From Pseudogymnoascus verrucosus (taxonomy: Eukaryota): a DNA stretch of 64,000 nucleotides. This document shows, one piece after another, positions 13,207 through 25,500 of the stretch (position 1 is its first letter; the number at the start of each line of letters is the position of its first letter). The position numbers and the translations under genes were made by a program. Where the stretch lies: the NCBI GenBank assembly GCA_001662655.1, contig KV460207.1. One strand, written 5' to 3'. Below the pieces are notes generated by a model. That model was not told the DNA's origin. It did no database searches and worked only from the letters and a program-made list of their open reading frames with translations.

Positions 13207-14633
13207 TTAGACGCCAGCGTTTGCAAATTTTCTTGCTACCCACGCTCCTCCGTGCTCTTCATACTCCTGCTTCGTAACTGATAGCTTGCTAAGCAATGCC
13301 TCATCGCGTGCGAGGTTTGCTCCACCTTGCCAGGTGCTCACTATCGGGCTTGGGCTGGTTGGTCGGGCAAGACGAACCATACACTCAGAAGGTGCAAATG
13401 CCATAATCTCAGCCTGTAGACGATGTATGAACCCGTCGATATTCGCATTGCCTCCAACGACAACGACATTTGCCAGAAGCCCAGGCCAAAGCCCGATGGG
13501 CAAAACAGAAAGACTTTGCATCACAACTTGAGCAAGTCCAGGCTGTCGTAGGCCGATATCCATAGGATTGAATAGTAGTTCTGGGACCGTAAATCGTTCA
13601 TTTCTGAGGGTCAAAACGTCCTCTGGGTTCTCCACCGCCTTCCCGGCTGCAATCTTCTTCAAGTTGCCTGCCAGTTTGGGATCATGGTCACGGAGGTATC
13701 CCTTTGTTATATTGTGGTAATCTGGTAGAACATAATCTTTTGCTATGCCCCCACCAGTCATATAGCTTTCCCTCTTTTCGCCTTTAGTTCCTTTCCAGGA
13801 TAGTTCCAGGTCAGTATTGAAGTCTTTGGTGACATAGCAAGCTGCCTCTTTAATCTCGTTCATTAAGTAAGTTTCGTTTCGCATATCGAATTGTCGAAGA
13901 GACAATAGACGGGTGAGGTAGTTCGTCATCAGCTTCCCCCCAACATCTAGTCGGCGGATTGCAGATTGTAGTGGACGACCCTGTAGTAATGGTGTGACGG
14001 TCGTATGAGAGTAACCAGAGTCGATGAGAAGGAGGACTTCGGCGGGAGCCACAGGGCCTGTAGCATCGCGTGGTGGGGCTTTAAATATAGCCTGTATGTC
14101 GTTGTATGCATTGAGGGTCGGTCCTGTCATGTAATGAGCTTTTCATTCTAATCTGCAGCAGCTATTCGGAGGAGATAATTCATACCAAGAGCGCGATAAT
14201 ACGACGCGAAGCCGAATTCCTCAAAAACGACTTGGTCGCAATTGGTCTGTAGCACAGGCAGGGAATTCGGCGCCTCAGTAAGAATGAGCCCTGTTTCTGA
14301 CGGATCGCAGTGTAGTTTTGCTTTCTTGTCAAAGAATTCGTGATCCCATATTTCCTTCTGGGCTTCCCAGTTCACGATGTAGCCTTTCTCTACAGGGCGC
14401 CTGAAAGCTATGTCGCCGAAATCCTTGCATTTCTCCAGCTCTGAGCCGATATAGACCTTTCGTTCGCGATCCCGTGCCATACAATTCGGTATGATATGAC
14501 ACGAGTCTTGGGTCACTTCGATAGAAGGCGACGAGAAGCCAGCTTTGATGGTGAACGCGCCATTGTCGAGCACCAAGGTTTTGGACGGCGGCGGGGGCCC
14601 AGACGACTTGGTACGGCGATGGGTCGGAGCCAT
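13207..14633 (-). CDS. ARP6: Actin-related protein 6 (SWR1 complex), 2 exons
   Basis: LVLDNGAFTIKAGF, RRPVEKGYIVNWEAQKEIWD, IDSGYSHT, LRNERFTVPELLFNPMDIG; one intron ~14183-14126. Confidence 0.93.
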
Positions 14634-14884
14634 GCTTGCGGCTATATAAAACTTAGAATCTAGCCATATACCATCGCGTGGTCGTCATTGCTGGTGTTGA
14701 CGAAGGTCTCAGCCTGCTGCTGGTTGTTTCGTCGTCGCGAGGCTGGATGTTCGAGGTTGGCCTCTCAGGAACGCGGGGGTTCCGCTAATATTTTACCAGA
14801 TCTTATCTGCCCCTCATAACTTTTGAAATTAAACCAGCACGACAGCTACGAGTACGAGGGCAACCACCCACTTTCTGGATAAAG

Positions 14885-16107
14885 ATGGCATCCGTTACCC
14901 AAAAACCAGAGGAGCCGCTGCTTGCTCTTAGAAGCACAGTCAAAACTGTATCGACACTCCTCGACCAGCTTGAAACGGCAATCAAAGGCTCGCCCGCGAC
15001 CCAAAAGCCCCCCGCCAGCGATGTCAACGCCTTATTTCTAGCTCACGATGCGGCCAAACTCATTCGCGCTCATTCGACGAAGCTATCTTTGCTCATAATC
15101 AACACTCCTTTCACGCCTTCCGCCATCGTCAAAGTCCTCCGTGAGCTGGCGGCCGGCCCGCTTCCCTCGCTCGGAACTGCTGTCGAATTATGCGGGGCAC
15201 ATATATATTCTGATATACTGCAAGGAGAGCTACAGTGGAGGGTACGCAAGGTTTTTAGCGAGTTTGGAGTGCTCCTCAAGGAGATTCCGCTCGATGGCAA
15301 GGTGTTGACGGATGACCAAAAGAATGGCACCGGGAAAACTGTGGGAAAGGGCAGCTTGGCGTCTACGGGCGTGTTATGGCAGGCCTGTGATGATCTAGCG
15401 GAGCTGAAGAATTTGGGCATTGCGGGGGTGGTTGTGCGGAAGGCTGAGCAATATCGGGATACTCTCAAAGACGCCATCGAAGAACTACAGGAATGGGGGG
15501 ATGAGAGCGGTGACGAGGACGAAGATGAAGATGAAGATGCGAATACAGATGATGAGGCTGACGAAGCTATCCCCAAATCTGCTCAAGACGAAATCGACGA
15601 CTTTTTTGGGTCCACGATGCACATCCCAAGCGATGATCCCAACAAGATCCGCCCTCGTCTCGAGCTATCGCTGCGGAGGCTGAAGCTGATAGCAGTGATG
15701 TTCAGCGCCGTCATTAAGAGGCGATTCCAGACGCTATCCTCGTTGACCCTGTCCGAGCTATCGACAGGAGACTATCCTTTGGCGCAGGACAAACTAACCC
15801 TGCCGAAACCAGGTAGCGTTATAGCACCAGCATACCGTGTAGACGCCAGTGTGGATATCCTCCGAACCCTCACCGAGTTGGCCGACAACCTTGCCACTGC
15901 ATTTTATGACCTCGACGCCGAGGCAATTGACGATGGGATGGACGAGTGCTTTTCAACCAGTCTTAAAGTAACTGAGTTATTGTCCCAAGACTGGGCTGGG
16001 AAAGATGATGCATTCACCACTTGGGTAAGTACCGAGAGTTTCAGGATGTTCTGGCCATAGCTAATTTATTCCAGGCCCAAACCTTTAAGACAGAGATTAA
16101 GAAATGA
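14885..16107 (+). CDS. Conserved fungal protein, probably GCIP (Grap2/cyclin-D-interacting) domain, with acidic tract
   Basis: 391-aa ORF with LIRAHSTKLSLL and SLASTGVLWQACD motifs; short terminal exon after an intron at ~16025-16073. Confidence 0.65.
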
Positions 16108-16568
16108 AGCACGGGTTGGATACACTTAGACAGCGGCACCGTCGAGACAGCGGCGTAGCTATTATATTTTGCAGAAAAGCATACGTGTATCTGCAATTAT
16201 AGATGATGATGATATCATGGAAACTATCATCAGTTTAACTTCTATCTCAACCTCATGTTGCCCCAAGTGACCATGCATAGCTAGGAATTGATGGCTACAG
16301 CTCGATGTTTGAGCGACTAGGCAGAGAGTTGCAGAGGGCCACTATCTGATCTGTACAGATGAATATTGTAGGCGACACCCACAGATACTGCTTAGTATCG
16401 CATCAGCATCTACGCCGAACTCCACCGGATGTTTAAATCCTCAACGTGGCCCCTATTTTTGGGGAAAACCCAAGTCTCTCCAAGCTAATGCAGTGGAAGA
16501 TGCAAATGCTCTGTGACAAAGCTGCACGATCGGCCTTGAAGGCGAGGTGACGAGAAGCACCGGTGCTT

Positions 16569-16778
16569 GAAAGTTCCGAGGAAGCTGCGACTGAGTCTGC
16601 TTGGTAATCGTTCTTTCCATGTAGGGATTGAAAGTTCTGAGGAAGTTGCGACTGGGCTTGCTTGGTAAATCGTTCTTGCCATGTTTAAGGTTAAAAGCTT
16701 CAAGCAATCCACGACTGAGCTTGATTGGTAATCGTTCTTGCCATGTTTAAGATTGAAAAGCTTCGAGGAAGTTGCGAC
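16569..16778. repeat. Degenerate tandem repeat, ~3.4 copies of a 61-63 bp unit
   Basis: Unit GAAAGTTCYGAGGAAGYTGCGACTGRGCTTGCTTGGTAATCGTTCTTKCCATGTTTAAGRTT starting at ~16569, 16630, 16693 and 16755. Confidence 0.85.
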
Positions 16779-17395
16779 GGACCGGCGACGAGAACTTAAT
16801 CCCGTGTGAGAATGCAGGGTTTCAAATACAAACTGCTCCTATCAGTCTCAGTCCGTGCTGTCAGCTATATGTGCCCTCCTCGTCTTGGCTGCCCAGATAC
16901 TTGGGGGGATCTGTGCCACGGCGGTGGTGTCTGCCCTCTTCCTGGGACCCCTCAATGTGGAAACAGGGCTGGGCGGAGGAGCATCGATAGTCCGCCTAAA
17001 CAATGATCTTTGACGCAAGGTTGTCTGAGATCTGCACTATATCGTGTGGCTCAATGTTGAGCTTGCTCTTTTAGCCATTGCTGTATGTGTTGCGTGATGC
17101 GAGATTCGTGGCGAGGATGCTTCGTGTGCCTCACTGGTCACAATCGACCTACGATTGATTATTCGAACAAGCGCAGCCTAGTTTTCAAACCAAGATTAAT
17201 AATGCTATTGGTACATATTATCTAATATACAATCTATTCATTCCGTTCATATAATCACAACTGAGAAATCCACCGTTATGCCCCTAAAAATCCTGCTATC
17301 ATAAATAAGGGGCACCCCTGAATCCATACCAGACGTAAAATCCTGAATACTATAGCCCAACATATACGAGTGTTGAGGGGCGATGTTGGCACCAC

Positions 17396-18662
17396 TCAAT
17401 TTAATCCTTCAAACAAAATACTGCGTCGGTCTTTGGTATTGACGAGCGTATATTCAGCTAAGCGTGGGTCGCCTTTTTCGATTCTCATGGTGGTATACAA
17501 CAGGTTCGGCTCTGTCCAAACAGGGCGCAACCCCCGGGCTTCGAGGGTTTCCCACCTATAGCTCAGTTAGAACGGTAGCCCTCGAGACAGCATATATATA
17601 TGCACCTCTAAGACAAAAGTACTCACCACTGCAAGAAGTTATAACCCGTCATATCCTCGTGTCCGAAAAGATGTAATTCCACCATTAGTTGACCTATTGG
17701 GAGCTCAAATCCATCAACCTCAGGGAATGCCTGGTCAAGTGAAGATAATGAGGCAAATTCGGCGTATTCGATGTCCATTTTCAAGACATCACTTTCAGCC
17801 AATAGTCAGTCTCAATCCAAAGCATCGGCTCATTGTAGAGTAAGAAATCCCGGTTATGGCATAGGAGAATACTCACATATAATCGTGGCCATTCATCTTC
17901 ATAAGGTCCTGGATAGTGTAGAATGGGGGAAATGAAGTGGAATTTGTCACCCCTGAAATGCCAGCCTGGGTGAAGTGTGCACGCGCCCTGTGCTCATAGC
18001 TCAATTGCTTGCCAAAATTCGTCACCGAGTAGTCATAGGCCCAGATTTCGCAGTTCGTTCGCTCGATCGTCTCGTCTTCTGAACGTAGGGAAGCCTCGTT
18101 AGCATGCGTGAGGAGGGTTGAGCTGTACCAATGGGGTTGACTTGCCATAGCTAGACTCGGTCTGAACACCGAAAGAGTAGATGACACAAGGACGAGTGGC
18201 TGGAAGTTCTTCATATTTTGACATCCCACACACCCACTTTCCTCCGTCGCCCATTCGTCCTATTCTCTCCATCTCGTATGGGCAGCTCCATGAGGCGGGA
18301 ACAAAGTCCCAGATGGAATATGGCGATCCTGGGTATTTCTTTGGGGAATCGGCCGGGAATCTAGACTCGTCAGTGGATGCCTTGCTGCGTATACGCGATT
18401 GAGGATGGACATACAATGGCATATTTTCCGGGTATCGCCATTCCGCGAGCAGCCTATGTCTCTGCTCTACTGTCTTGCTCCAGATCTTCTCTGCCAGGCG
18501 CATATGTTCCCGTAATGACACCCGCGCGACATCGTGGCTGAGGACTGAGGATGCCGAGAGCCAGCTTAGGGATCCGCCGGTTCCATAGCCTGAGAGAAGA
18601 GTTATGACGAAGATAGCGAATGCGGCTAGCAATATAAACCGGAGAGGCCTTGTTGCAAGCAT
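17396..18662 (-). CDS. Membrane-anchored SAM-dependent methyltransferase-domain protein (Methyltransf_22/METTL24-like), multi-exon
   Basis: N-terminal TM segment; WSCPYEMERIGRMGDGGKWVCGM, CVIYSFGV, LKMDIEYAEF; stop at 17396. Confidence 0.82.
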
Positions 18663-19553
18663 GGCCGGCGGTGATCGCCTGTTGTACCTGGCTAGTTATC
18701 TGCTGCCAAGAGTGCGGGGAGAAGATAATCCAAACGGCGACTGCATAGAGCGAGAAACTGTTTCATAGGTACGATCCAGGGATATTGAGCCAAGAACCAA
18801 AAGCAAGAAACTCGCAATTAGAGCTGATTCTATGACTTTGATGCGCACACAACAACCATGTCGTATTCGATTTGGAAATATGGGAAATCACTAAGCTTAA
18901 TTGTTCATGGACGGACGTTGATGCACGGACCAGGCAAATGTAGCGCGATGCCTTAATGTTCTAGGCCCAGGCCCAGAAGCGAAATGTTCAGGGGGGCCTA
19001 CCAGAATTTTGAGGATTTACATTCGATGATATGAACATCTCTGCTTCGTAAAATAAGGCAAGTTAGGTAAATGGACCTAAATGGACTTCAATAAGAACCT
19101 TCGTCCTTGACAACAAGTCCCCAACGATTATTACGAGGTGATGAAACTCGCATCGGCAGCCTGATTCCCTCCCTCATATGGCAATTTGTTCAAAACATAC
19201 ACAGACTTTCCAGTTAATTCACGGCTCCAAAGAGTAGAAAAACATCCGAAGCGGCCTTTACATTATTACTGAACATCATCTTGCTCTTTATCACATTAGT
19301 TCATTACCATCACAATATTGCTGACATAAGCGGTCACTCGACCCGAATCTGTTAGCGCAAGGCTACCATTATGGCGTGGCAACAGCCTTCCAGGCTCTTC
19401 TAGAGGGGTAGAGTAGAAGGCTGACATATTCATTCAATTCAAGGGTACTTTTAGTCTGTGTCAATAACCCCGATTCCAAAACAAAGCAAGTTGTTCCTAC
19501 GAGGGAAAATGCATTGTTACAAACTGAGAAGCCGGTGACTCTAAAATTCAATC

Positions 19554-21863
19554 ATGGAAGCGCCTGCCGAACTGACCTGGTCTGCGCCTTTCACTGTTGC
19601 CCCAGCGTCACAGATTACGAAGAACTTGCCCGGCGATAAGATACTCCTACCACCTTCTGCTCTGGAGCAACTCCTCGCCGCTTCTCCAGCTGTTCCGACA
19701 CCTCATCACAATGCTATCCGCGCGGGCTTCGATCCTTTCAACCCCTACTCTCTAGCTGCTGCCCGAGCAGAAGCATCGCAATGGCGCGATACACAGCAGC
19801 AGCTACCTCACCCTCTGACCTTCCGGCTTGTCAACCCCAAGAATGGCCGCATTATATATGCTGGTATCCGAGAGTTTTCAGCTGAAGAGGGCCAGATTGG
19901 GCTCAGTCCTTCCCTCTCTGACGCGCTTGGAGTTACAACAGAGGCGGTGGGAGGCGTCGAGGGAGAGCCGATAGACCTCACGAACGATAACGAGGTTGAA
20001 GGAGTGGATAGGGTAATGGTCCATGCGAAGCAGCTCCCAAAGGGCACATATGTTCGCCTACGGCCGCTGGAAGCTGGTTATAACCCCGATGATTGGAAAT
20101 CGCTCCTCGAGAGACACCTACGAGAGAACTACACGACACTTACGAATGGCGAGGTACTCAAAATACCAGACACGAGCAGGAGAGGACACACCTTCCAGTT
20201 TTTAATTGATAAATTCGTCCCCGAAGGAGATGCGATATGCGTGGTAGACACGGACCTAGAAGTCGATATAGAAGCTTTGAACGAAGAACAGGCCAGAGAG
20301 ACCGTGAAGCAGATCATGGAAAAGGCACAGAGCGCTCCAGGAACGGCAGAAGGCAGCTCCTCTGGATCCGTTCTGGATATATGGACCCCAGTACAAGGTC
20401 AGGTCTTAGAGGGAGAATATGTGGACTATGAGCTTCCTTCGTGGGACAAATCCCGGGCGCTTGAAATCGAAATCACCCTAGATGAAGAAGAGGAGGTAGA
20501 CCTATTCGTCAGCCCTCTAGCTCCCCGGCAGAGAGCAAGACCACGAGAGGAGGAGCATGTTTTTGGGGAGTTTGATAGCGAAACTTCTTCCAAAAAGATA
20601 CGTGTACGGCCCACGAATGTCGAATTAGAGGGGGCTGAATCACTCTACATATCTGTCCATGGATACTGCCCTCCCGAGGGGTCTGAACCGGCTACGAAGC
20701 CATCTCCTCGACGTTACATATTGAGAGCCCAATCCGTCGAAGATGGCACTCCAGACGCATCTAAGGTGGACTTAACGACGGGCGAAGATTCTCATGACCC
20801 CGAGGATGAGCAGTGCAAGAACTGCCACCAATGGGTACCTAAACGCACAATGATGTTGCACGAGAACTTTTGTTTACGCAACAACATTCTCTGCCAGCAA
20901 TGCCAAAGCGTCTTCAAGAAGAATTCTCCAGAGTGGCAGTCCCACTGGCACTGTGAGCACGACTCTGCACATGGGAATTCCGCCGCCAGCCAAATCAAAC
21001 ACAACCATATATACCACAGCAGCGCCACTTGTCCTTCTTGCGACTACCAAGCTTCATCCACTCCCGACCTTGCCCTCCACCGCACCACGCTCTGCCCCGG
21101 CAAACTTATTCTCTGCCAATTCTGCCACCTCTCTGTCCCTCAAGAAGGCGACCCATCCGCGCCCTCCGCCGATGCCCTCCTCTCGGGTCTCACCGCCCAC
21201 GAGATCGCCGACGGCGCCCGCACAACAAACTGCCACCTCTGCCAGGCCATCGTGCGTCTTCGCGATATGACCACGCATCTCAAGCACCACGACCTGAGCC
21301 GCAACTCGAAGCCGATGCCGCGCATATGCCGCAACGTGAACTGCGGACGCACGCTGGACGGCGTCAGCAAGAACGGGCAGGTCGGCACGGCGGCGAGGGT
21401 CGGCCAGGGGCCAGGGAATGAGCTTGGGCTGTGCAGCATCTGCTTTGGGCCGTTGTATGTTAGTATGTACGACCCAGAGGGGAAGGCGATGAAGAGGCGG
21501 ATTGAGAGGAGGTATCTTTCGCAGCTTATTACAGGGTGTGGGAAGACGTGGTGCGGGAATGAGGTGTGTAAACAGGGGAGGGTCAATCTGGGGATCACGA
21601 AAGGTGGAGAGGTTGTCACTACGAAAGACGCACTGCCGGAAGTGAAGCCGCTGCTGGTGGACCTTGGAAGCGCGCCGATGCACTTCTGTGTTGATGAGAG
21701 GAGCCAGAAGTGCAAGAAGTTGGCGGAGATGCTGGCTGGGGAGGGTGTTTACGAGTTAGAGTGGTGCATTGCGGCGTGTGAGGCAGAGACTGGTGAGCTA
21801 GATGCGGCCAGGCAGTGGTTGTCGAACTGGGCTCCGAAGAAGACGGAGACCTCGGCACGGTAG
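19554..21863 (+). CDS. UFD1-domain ubiquitin-fusion-degradation-like protein with C-terminal zinc fingers
   Basis: GDKILLPPSALEQL, HPLTFRLVN, AGIREFSAEEG, LPKGTYVRLRP, VVDTDLEVDIE; several CxxC/H clusters; intronless 769 aa. Confidence 0.88.
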   Translation: MEAPAELTWSAPFTVAPASQITKNLPGDKILLPPSALEQLLAASPAVPTPHHNAIRAGFDPFNPYSLAAARAEASQWRDTQQQLPHPLTFRLVNPKNGRIIYAGIREFSAEEGQIGLSPSLSDALGVTTEAVGGVEGEPIDLTNDNEVEGVDRVMVHAKQLPKGTYVRLRPLEAGYNPDDWKSLLERHLRENYTTLTNGEVLKIPDTSRRGHTFQFLIDKFVPEGDAICVVDTDLEVDIEALNEEQARETVKQIMEKAQSAPGTAEGSSSGSVLDIWTPVQGQVLEGEYVDYELPSWDKSRALEIEITLDEEEEVDLFVSPLAPRQRARPREEEHVFGEFDSETSSKKIRVRPTNVELEGAESLYISVHGYCPPEGSEPATKPSPRRYILRAQSVEDGTPDASKVDLTTGEDSHDPEDEQCKNCHQWVPKRTMMLHENFCLRNNILCQQCQSVFKKNSPEWQSHWHCEHDSAHGNSAASQIKHNHIYHSSATCPSCDYQASSTPDLALHRTTLCPGKLILCQFCHLSVPQEGDPSAPSADALLSGLTAHEIADGARTTNCHLCQAIVRLRDMTTHLKHHDLSRNSKPMPRICRNVNCGRTLDGVSKNGQVGTAARVGQGPGNELGLCSICFGPLYVSMYDPEGKAMKRRIERRYLSQLITGCGKTWCGNEVCKQGRVNLGITKGGEVVTTKDALPEVKPLLVDLGSAPMHFCVDERSQKCKKLAEMLAGEGVYELEWCIAACEAETGELDAARQWLSNWAPKKTETSAR

Positions 21864-22560
21864 AGGAAGAGTAGCGATATTGGGTTTGGATTATCAGCAT
21901 AGGATGGCATTATAGAAGATTCACATCATGAGACTAGTTGGAATATACCACCTGGCGGCTCGGCCCTCATACACTTCGTAGACTATACACATACTGTTAT
22001 TACGAATGACGTTTTATAAGTTCCATGGTCGAAGGAAGCTAAGTCTGTTATAGCGCACACGAAGTAGCCGTAGGGGGCATCTAAGCAACCTGCTACTTCT
22101 AGCCAAGACACACCAACCGGGCCGCCCCGTCCCTAACCTTGGCTCACGCCCCACCTTTCTTACTTCCACTATTGACCGTAAATCCTCATGGTCTAGACAC
22201 CTGCATTGTAAACCATAACAAATATAGACCAGCGATGATGGATCTGATCAGCAAAGGATGTGGCGCAGTACAGACGCGCGGTTGTGGCTTCAATATTACA
22301 CCCATGCATGGGCGGTGGCTATGCGTCAGCGTGGTATTAAGAGGGCGCTAACCTGTGCCAGGCTGCATGGGAAGCTTATCTTTAGCCTCTGCCCCGCTAT
22401 ACGGAGGGGATTGAAGATGGGACGGATATCATATATATGTGACGGATAACTTGGCGAACGAGAGTTATCTTAGTGAACGAGAGAGACATCGGTGAACGAG
22501 CGCTACTTTGGCTATCTCGTCGCAACAACCAACCCCACTCAAGACCATCTATTCACCTCA

Positions 22561-25500
22561 ATGTCCTTCGGCTGGTCCGTCGGCGATCTAATCGCCGGCC
22601 TCGAGGTCGCCATCCGCATCGCCACTGCCCTCCAAGATGCCGGCGGCGCGGCCGAAAAATACCGCCAAACAACAACCTACCTCCTCTCCCTCTCCACCGT
22701 CCTCTACCAACTCCACCCTCCCCCACCCGGCCTCCTCGCCATCGCCCCCGACGTGAAGAGCGTGCATTCCGCCTTACAAGCCTTCCACTCCAAGCTCTCC
22801 ACCAAATTCGAGAAGAGCCTCGGAAGCGTCCCCTCCGACTGGGTAGCGCGGGTGCGGAGTAGCCCTCGGAAAGTCGAGTATGCGCTGTTTATGGAGAAAC
22901 AGGTGGAGGCGCTGAGGATAAAGCTAGATGTGCCCCTAAAGGCGATTAATCTTGCTCTCGGGATCGCGATACACAAGCAGGGCCGCGACAATGGGGAGGT
23001 GGGGAGGGAGACGTTAGAGGAGGTCGTGGATCTAAAAGCTGCGCTGCCGGGGCTGGAGAAGGCGGTCCTGGCGGGCGTGCAGGATATTGTTTTAGCATCT
23101 GCGCAGCGCGAGGAGGCGGATCGTATGTACACCACCGTCGGGGCGTGGTGTCGCGCCGTGCCGGTGGCGGATACGTTTCACACCCACCTGCGTGAGATGG
23201 CGGCGAGCTCATGCCAGTGGATTTTCCGGCGCGAGGAGTTCATGCGGTGGCGCGGCGGTGGGCCGCTGGAGGGACACCAACCGGTGCTGTGGATTACGGG
23301 GATTCCAGGGTCAGGGAAAACGAGACTGGCGACGCGGGTTGTCGAGTCCCTTAAGGGGGAGGGGAGCGCGGTGGCGTACTTTTACTGTGATACTAAGGAT
23401 GAGGGACGGAGGAGCGCGTTGAGTATCCTGAGGACCTGGACGTGGCAGGTGCTGGAACAGCGGCCGCAACAGTTGGGTGAGGTGGCGAAGATTTGTGCAA
23501 GGGAGCCGGTGCCTGGGGAAGGAAGTATGGAAAAGGCGCTGATGTGTGCTGTGGCTGGGGTGGAGGGGTTGGTGTTCGTTCTGGATGGGTTGGATGAGTG
23601 CGAGGAGGAGACGAGGAAGAAGCTGTATCCGATTGCGGCACGGCTGGCGGCAACCGCTCGGGTGCTCATCGTGAGTAGGGAGATGCCAGGGTCCCATCGG
23701 GCGCTGAAGAGTGCGCTGCCGCACGAAGGCGGGTTGGTGTTTTATCGGATTGTGGATGGGGATAATACGGATGATATCAACGATTATCTTGAGCGTGCGG
23801 TTAGGGAACTGGAGATTGGTGATGAAGAGGTGGAGAATACTGTTATTTCAAAGCTGCAAGAAGGGGCTAGTGGAATGTTTCTGTGGGCAACGCTGATGCT
23901 TGAGGAGTTGTCGAGCCCGCATTTTTTCGCGGAGGAGTATCTCGAGGGGTTGGACGACCTACCGGACTCATTGGACGCGCTGTATGCGAGGATACTGACT
24001 ACGCTGAATGCGAGCTTGAAGACGAGAGACGTTACGCGTAAGCTCTTTCGCTGGCTAACTTGTGCAAGGCGGCCTCTAACTTTGCCTGAAATCAGCACGA
24101 CTCTGCTCATCACGATTGATGATGAGGTTTTGAAATCGCGAAGCAGGATGCCAGATGATAAGCTCAGGGATACGTTGCTGAGGTACTGTGGATCGCTGGT
24201 CGCCATACACGAATCGAGAGACGGAGGTAGCCCGACAGTCACTCTCGTGCATGCGTCGGTGAAGGACTTCCTACTCGAACAGAGCAGCTCTAAGGAGGCC
24301 TTCGGATACCTAATCCTCGACCCTGAAGAGACTCAAGCCATCCTTGCACAGGAATGCTTGACGTACATCTCATACAACAACATCGACTTCGATCCCAACA
24401 CCATGCAGGCCGACGAACCCCATATGTCCTTTCCCCCAGCCGAGATGGGCCGCCGCTTCGAGGTTTACATGGAGCAATACCCCCTCCTCATCTACGCTTC
24501 CTTAAACTGGTTTCTCCATCTAGTAATAGCACCACGCGATCGCACCTACACCTCCCTAACACGATTCTGCACCTCTATCCCTAAAACCATTTCCTGGCTA
24601 CAGGTTATGCTCCGCTACCGCGGAGACCGCAGCGTATACTCCTCTAGCCCGGGATACGCTGACTACACCGGCATCACAACACTCCCGCACGTCCTTCCCC
24701 AGCATGGCGACGAACTCAACAAGTGGCTACAGCCATTTCGCACCGTTTCAGAGGGGCGCTCGAATCTCCCGCGATACGTGCAGTTCATGTACTGCGGGAT
24801 GGCGAATGATTTCCTGCCGAAGCTCAGCGTTGCGGCGTACTTCGACTACGCCGACTACCTCGAGGACTGCCTGAAGAAGGGAATGGACCCCAATCTCAAG
24901 AATTATAGGGGCAAGACGCCGATTTATGCGGCGGCTATGGCGGAGTCGTTGGATGCGGCGAAAGTTCTGATCAAGCACGGCGCTGATCCGAATGTGATCG
25001 GACCTGGAGGAGTAGTGGCGTTGGTCTCAGCCATACGGCTGGATGACTGGCGTAACGCCGACGCAGTACCCTTCCGCGTCGCCGAATTCCTCATCGAGTC
25101 CGGTGCCGATCCATGCTATAGCAACGGAGGTCTCCTTGCTCTCGCATGCCTCTGTGCTAGTTCGAATGACACACACGTCGTCTCTCTCGTATCATGCATG
25201 CTCAAGCATGGAGCTACCAAAGTCATAAACATTGGGAAGAACCCGTACTGGACGGCACTGCACTGGGCGGCTAAGGCTAAAGCTGCGCGGCTCGTGGCTC
25301 TGCTCCTGGAAAATGGGGCGGAGGTCGATATTGGGTTTGGAGGGGATAGAGTGAATGCGCGCAAGTATGAGACGCCGCTTGATCAGGCTTGTTCGATCAC
25401 ACAGCAGGCGGAAGATGTGGTTCGTATACTGCTCGAGGCGGGGGCGAGTGTAGATGCGTTGCATCGAGATGGCCGCACGCCGCTGCATCTCTCGTGTCGT

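Noticed and set aside
16569..16778. CRISPR-like appearance of this array and of 39530-39693
   Set aside because: Eukaryotic context, degenerate units, only about three copies and no cas genes.
16320..17160. Possible telomerase RNA or snRNA (TATTTTTGG Sm-like site, GC-rich hairpins)
   Set aside because: No TAACCCTAA-type template or recognisable snRNA core seen.
19137..19272. Box C (GTGATGA) and CTGA motifs suggesting a C/D snoRNA
   Set aside because: No terminal stem or recognisable rRNA-complementary guide; the motifs are short enough to occur by chance.
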